Source: Pelagomonas calceolata (lineage: Eukaryota). From it: DNA of 64,000 nucleotides. The stretch lies in NCBI GenBank assembly GCA_918797485.1, contig CAKKNE010000003.1, positions 2,108,001 to 2,172,000 of the forward strand, written 5' to 3'. Every line of letters starts with the position of its first letter. The first letter of the stretch is position 1. Of this stretch, positions 61,205 through 64,000 are shown piece after piece. The position numbers and the translations under genes were made by a program. A model generated the notes under the pieces. It had not been told where the DNA came from. It searched no databases and saw only the letters and a program-made list of their open reading frames with translations.

Positions 61205-62977
61205 TCATCCGAAGCCCGACACGTTGTAGCGGATCTTGATGAGCGTCGCGACCTCCTTGATCTTCTTCAGGGCGTCGTCCAAGTCTTCGCGCGTGTGTCC
61301 GGCAGACACGCAGAAGCGCGCCCGCGACTTCACGAGTGTCGTCGCCGGAAATCCGACAACGACAACGGCCAACCCACGATCAAAACATTCCCGCGAGAAG
61401 GCCGCGATCTTCGTCGGGTTGTAGAGCAGCACGGGCACGATGGGCGAGTCCCAGTCCCCGTACACGTGCAGCCCGAAAGCTTGGAGTTCGGACCGGAAGT
61501 AGTTCGAATTCGACTTGAGCGCGTCGATTTTTTCTCTCCCCAATGAACCTTTGACGGTACCTTGGACAATGTCCAGGGCCCTTAGGACCTGGGCACACAT
61601 GATCGGCGACATCGCGTCATGCGCCAAGACGCCCGGGCACGTCCTCCGGAGGTGGTCTACGACAGCTTTGGAAGAAGCAACGTAGCCGCCCATCCCGCCA
61701 AAACTCTTCGTGAACGTACCCATCAAAATGTCCACGTCCGCCGGATCCACCCCACAATGCTCGCAGCAGCCTTTGCCCGTGTCGCCGAGAGCACCAATGG
61801 AGTGGGCCTCATCCAGATACAAATACCTGTGTGGAAATCAAATTTTACGGGGCGTTCGCGCTGAATCACCGCGTCCACCTCCACGCCATCGACGCGACAC
61901 CTGCTCGATGGCGTGGCGATGTCGGTTCCTCACCGCTCGACGGAGCCAGCGCGGCCGCGTCATCGCCGAGAAATGACTTGGTGAAAAATCATCGGGTGCA
62001 CCCAACACACTGGTTGATGTCCACACAGACAAATACGCCTTGTACTTCTTCGCCACTTTCGAGATGTTCTTCAGGTCGCAGATCTCGCCCTCCATGCTAT
62101 AAATGCCCTCGACCATGACGAGGATCTTGCGCCACGGCCGCCGCGTCCGAGGTCTCCCGTACGCGATGGCCTCGCGCAGCACCTCTTCGAGCGCTTTCGC
62201 GTCGTTGTGCTTGAAGGACCGGATCAAGGCGCCGGAGGCCCGACACCCAGCGACGATCGACGAGTGGTTGAGCTCATCACTGACGATCAGGTCACCTCTT
62301 CCCACCAGCGCCGGTACGGTCGTCGAATTCGTGCCGTAGCCCATGTTGAACACGACCGCGTCCTCCTTGCCCACGAACTTCGCGACTTTCGCTTCGAGCT
62401 TCCTGTGGAGGGGTGTCGTGCCCACGCCCGTCCTCGTGCCTCCACAACTCGTCGGCCACTCTCGCGCCGCTTTGAGTACGGGTTCTCCACAAGTGTTCAT
62501 CCAGTCGTCGGCAAATCCTAAATAGTTGTAGGAGCCCAGGTTCAAACACCTACGTTCCTTGCCCGTCTGGATGAGCTCCGACGTCTCCGGGTGCGGCGCG
62601 CGCTCCTGCACCGTGATCCAGGCCGACGGCGACGAGCAGATGGGCCGGTTGAAGACGTCGATGATGCGATCATACAAACGACGTGTGTAGAAGTTCTCCC
62701 ACGACTTGAGGAGCGGCGCGAGCTTCGTCTGTGGTTTCGACTTGAGCGTGGCGAAGCGCGTCCGTCCCGTCAAGCGCCCCCAGAAGTCCCGCAGGTGGCC
62801 GACGGCGATGAGCAACGTGTAGGCGAAGTACGTCGTGAATTCCGTGAAAAAGGACATATCGACGTCCTCCGCGGGCACGATCGCGGGCCGCTCGCCGCGC
62901 GCGTTGCTCGGCGTGAAGGGCGCGGGCTTGGGCCGGCGCGGGGGCGTGCCCGGCGCGGCTTTGCCGTTCGTCGCCAT
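61205..62977 (-). CDS. LCB2: Serine palmitoyltransferase subunit LCB2; intron 62036-61827
   Basis: NLGSYNYLGF, EGIYSMEG, DEAHSIGA and GTFTKSFG (PLP lysine); join KYKA|YLYLDEAH. Confidence 0.95.
61827..62036 (-). mobile_element. Introner family A, long copy (210-bp intron)
   Basis: TSD acaaatac at 61819 and 62029; TIR CTGTGTGGA(A/C)ATCAA. Confidence 0.95.
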
Positions 62978-63180
62978 GGCTGCGGTCGCGTCGCCTTTTT
63001 GGCTGCGCTGAGGTCAAAACCAGTACCTCGCTGGCAAGCGGTGCTAGTTGCCGCCGGGCGGCGAGGCTGTTTGCCGCTTGCAACTGGGGCTGTGGCTTTT
63101 GCAAAACCACTGTATCGCGTGCTGCTAGGGCTTTTGGACGGGAGTATAGCCCGCCAGGCAAGCCGTCGAGCTTTAGCTTG

Positions 63181-63202
63181 CTAGTGTGTTACATGCCGCT
63201 AG
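63181..63202 (+). promoter_or_regulatory. CTAG-bracketed intergenic motif
   Basis: ctagtgtgttacatgccgctag. Confidence 0.7.
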
Positions 63203-63277
63203 CTCTCCGGTTTTGCTTTAAATTTGGCAGCCTTGGGCAGCCCAAAATGCAAGAACAGACGTGTCGTTGATGGAACC

Positions 63278-64000
63278 ATGATGCTCGATACGACGACGGA
63301 GGAGCGGCGGGCGGCGCGGCGCCGGCGGCGCGAGCGCCTCGCGTCGCAGGACCGCGACGTTAATGTGAGGGGCATCGTCGCCGCCGGCGTCGCGGCGATG
63401 GCATTACTAGGATTGAGCCACCACCTCCTGCTGCCCGATACCGCCGACGCGGGGAGCCACCACTTGCGACGACCGATGGAGCAGGAGGCGCCGTTCCCGC
63501 GGCTCACGCGGAAGCAGCGCGACGCCTTCGGCCACCACGTCTTCGTGGACCACACGCATGGGCTGGTGCTCTGCGCCATCCCCAAGGTTGGTTCTACTGA
63601 ATTAGCACGATTGATTCTACGAATGGGCAACTCGAGCCACTGGCGGCGCGACCCGCAGCGGTCGGCGCTCGCGGTGGCGGATCGTGATAAGCATCTCGTC
63701 TCGAAGCTGAGCCTGCAGAAGGCCCAAGCACTTGTGGATGATCGGCGCTACACGTGGGCCGTCTTCTTCCGGGATCCCGCGCAGCGGCTGCTGTCGGCCT
63801 ACCGCAACCGCATCCTCGGCAGAGGAGAAAACGTCACATTTGGGGAATTCGTCTCACGCATCCGTTTAGACAGAAAAGCGGACCCGCACTGGCGGCCGCA
63901 GCGGTACCTGTGCAACAACGAGATGTTGTTGGAGCGCTATGATTTTGTAGGGCAGTTTACACGAATCCAGGCCGACGCGCGGCGCCTGCTCGAGTCGCTG
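63278..64000 (+). CDS. Golgi-type carbohydrate sulfotransferase (Sulfotransfer_2), 3'-partial
   Basis: Type II TM segment; 5'-PSB IPKVGST; 3'-PB RDPAQRLLSAY; DPHWRPQ and YDFVG. Runs off the window, so it is absent from the ORF track. Confidence 0.85.
   Translation, partial: MMLDTTTEERRAARRRRRERLASQDRDVNVRGIVAAGVAAMALLGLSHHLLLPDTADAGSHHLRRPMEQEAPFPRLTRKQRDAFGHHVFVDHTHGLVLCAIPKVGSTELARLILRMGNSSHWRRDPQRSALAVADRDKHLVSKLSLQKAQALVDDRRYTWAVFFRDPAQRLLSAYRNRILGRGENVTFGEFVSRIRLDRKADPHWRPQRYLCNNEMLLERYDFVGQFTRIQADARRLLESL

Noticed and set aside
5058..63202. CTAG motif or introner repeats as a CRISPR array
   Set aside because: Copies are dispersed kilobases apart, there is no repeat-spacer periodicity or cas gene, and the context is eukaryotic.
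1..64000. tRNA, rRNA or a functional gene cluster
   Set aside because: No cloverleaf or rRNA signature was seen by eye. Neighbouring genes are functionally unrelated, and the several Ca2+-related domains are probably coincidental.

Overview
GC-rich, gene-dense eukaryotic nuclear DNA. The gene content (plastid-targeted proteins, flagellar dynein) and the repeated GT/GC-AG 'introner' introns suggest a pelagophyte stramenopile (Pelagomonas/Aureococcus-like); this is an inference. There are about 35 genes or gene fragments, most with 0-1 intron. The exception is a 16.3-kb kelch-type outer-arm dynein alpha heavy chain gene (54937-38646, minus) with 25 repeat-derived introns, which splice to one intact 4173-aa frame. 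Notable non-coding structure: (1) an 18-23 bp CTAG-bracketed motif (CTAGTGTCTTAC-N-CGCTAG), present once in most promoter-containing intergenic spacers (16 clear copies); (2) at least three introner families, one with 15-bp TIRs and an 8-bp TSD that supplies the donor site; (3) rearrangement scars: a MULE/SWIM transposase remnant, two truncated genes joined back to back, and a duplicated convergent junction. Unusual proteins include an HCN-type channel, G6PD with EF-hands, a RING-calcineurin-EF-hand fusion, a half-FEX fluoride channel and a WW-WH2 VASP-like protein. No tRNA, rRNA or CRISPR array was seen. All coordinates were counted by hand.
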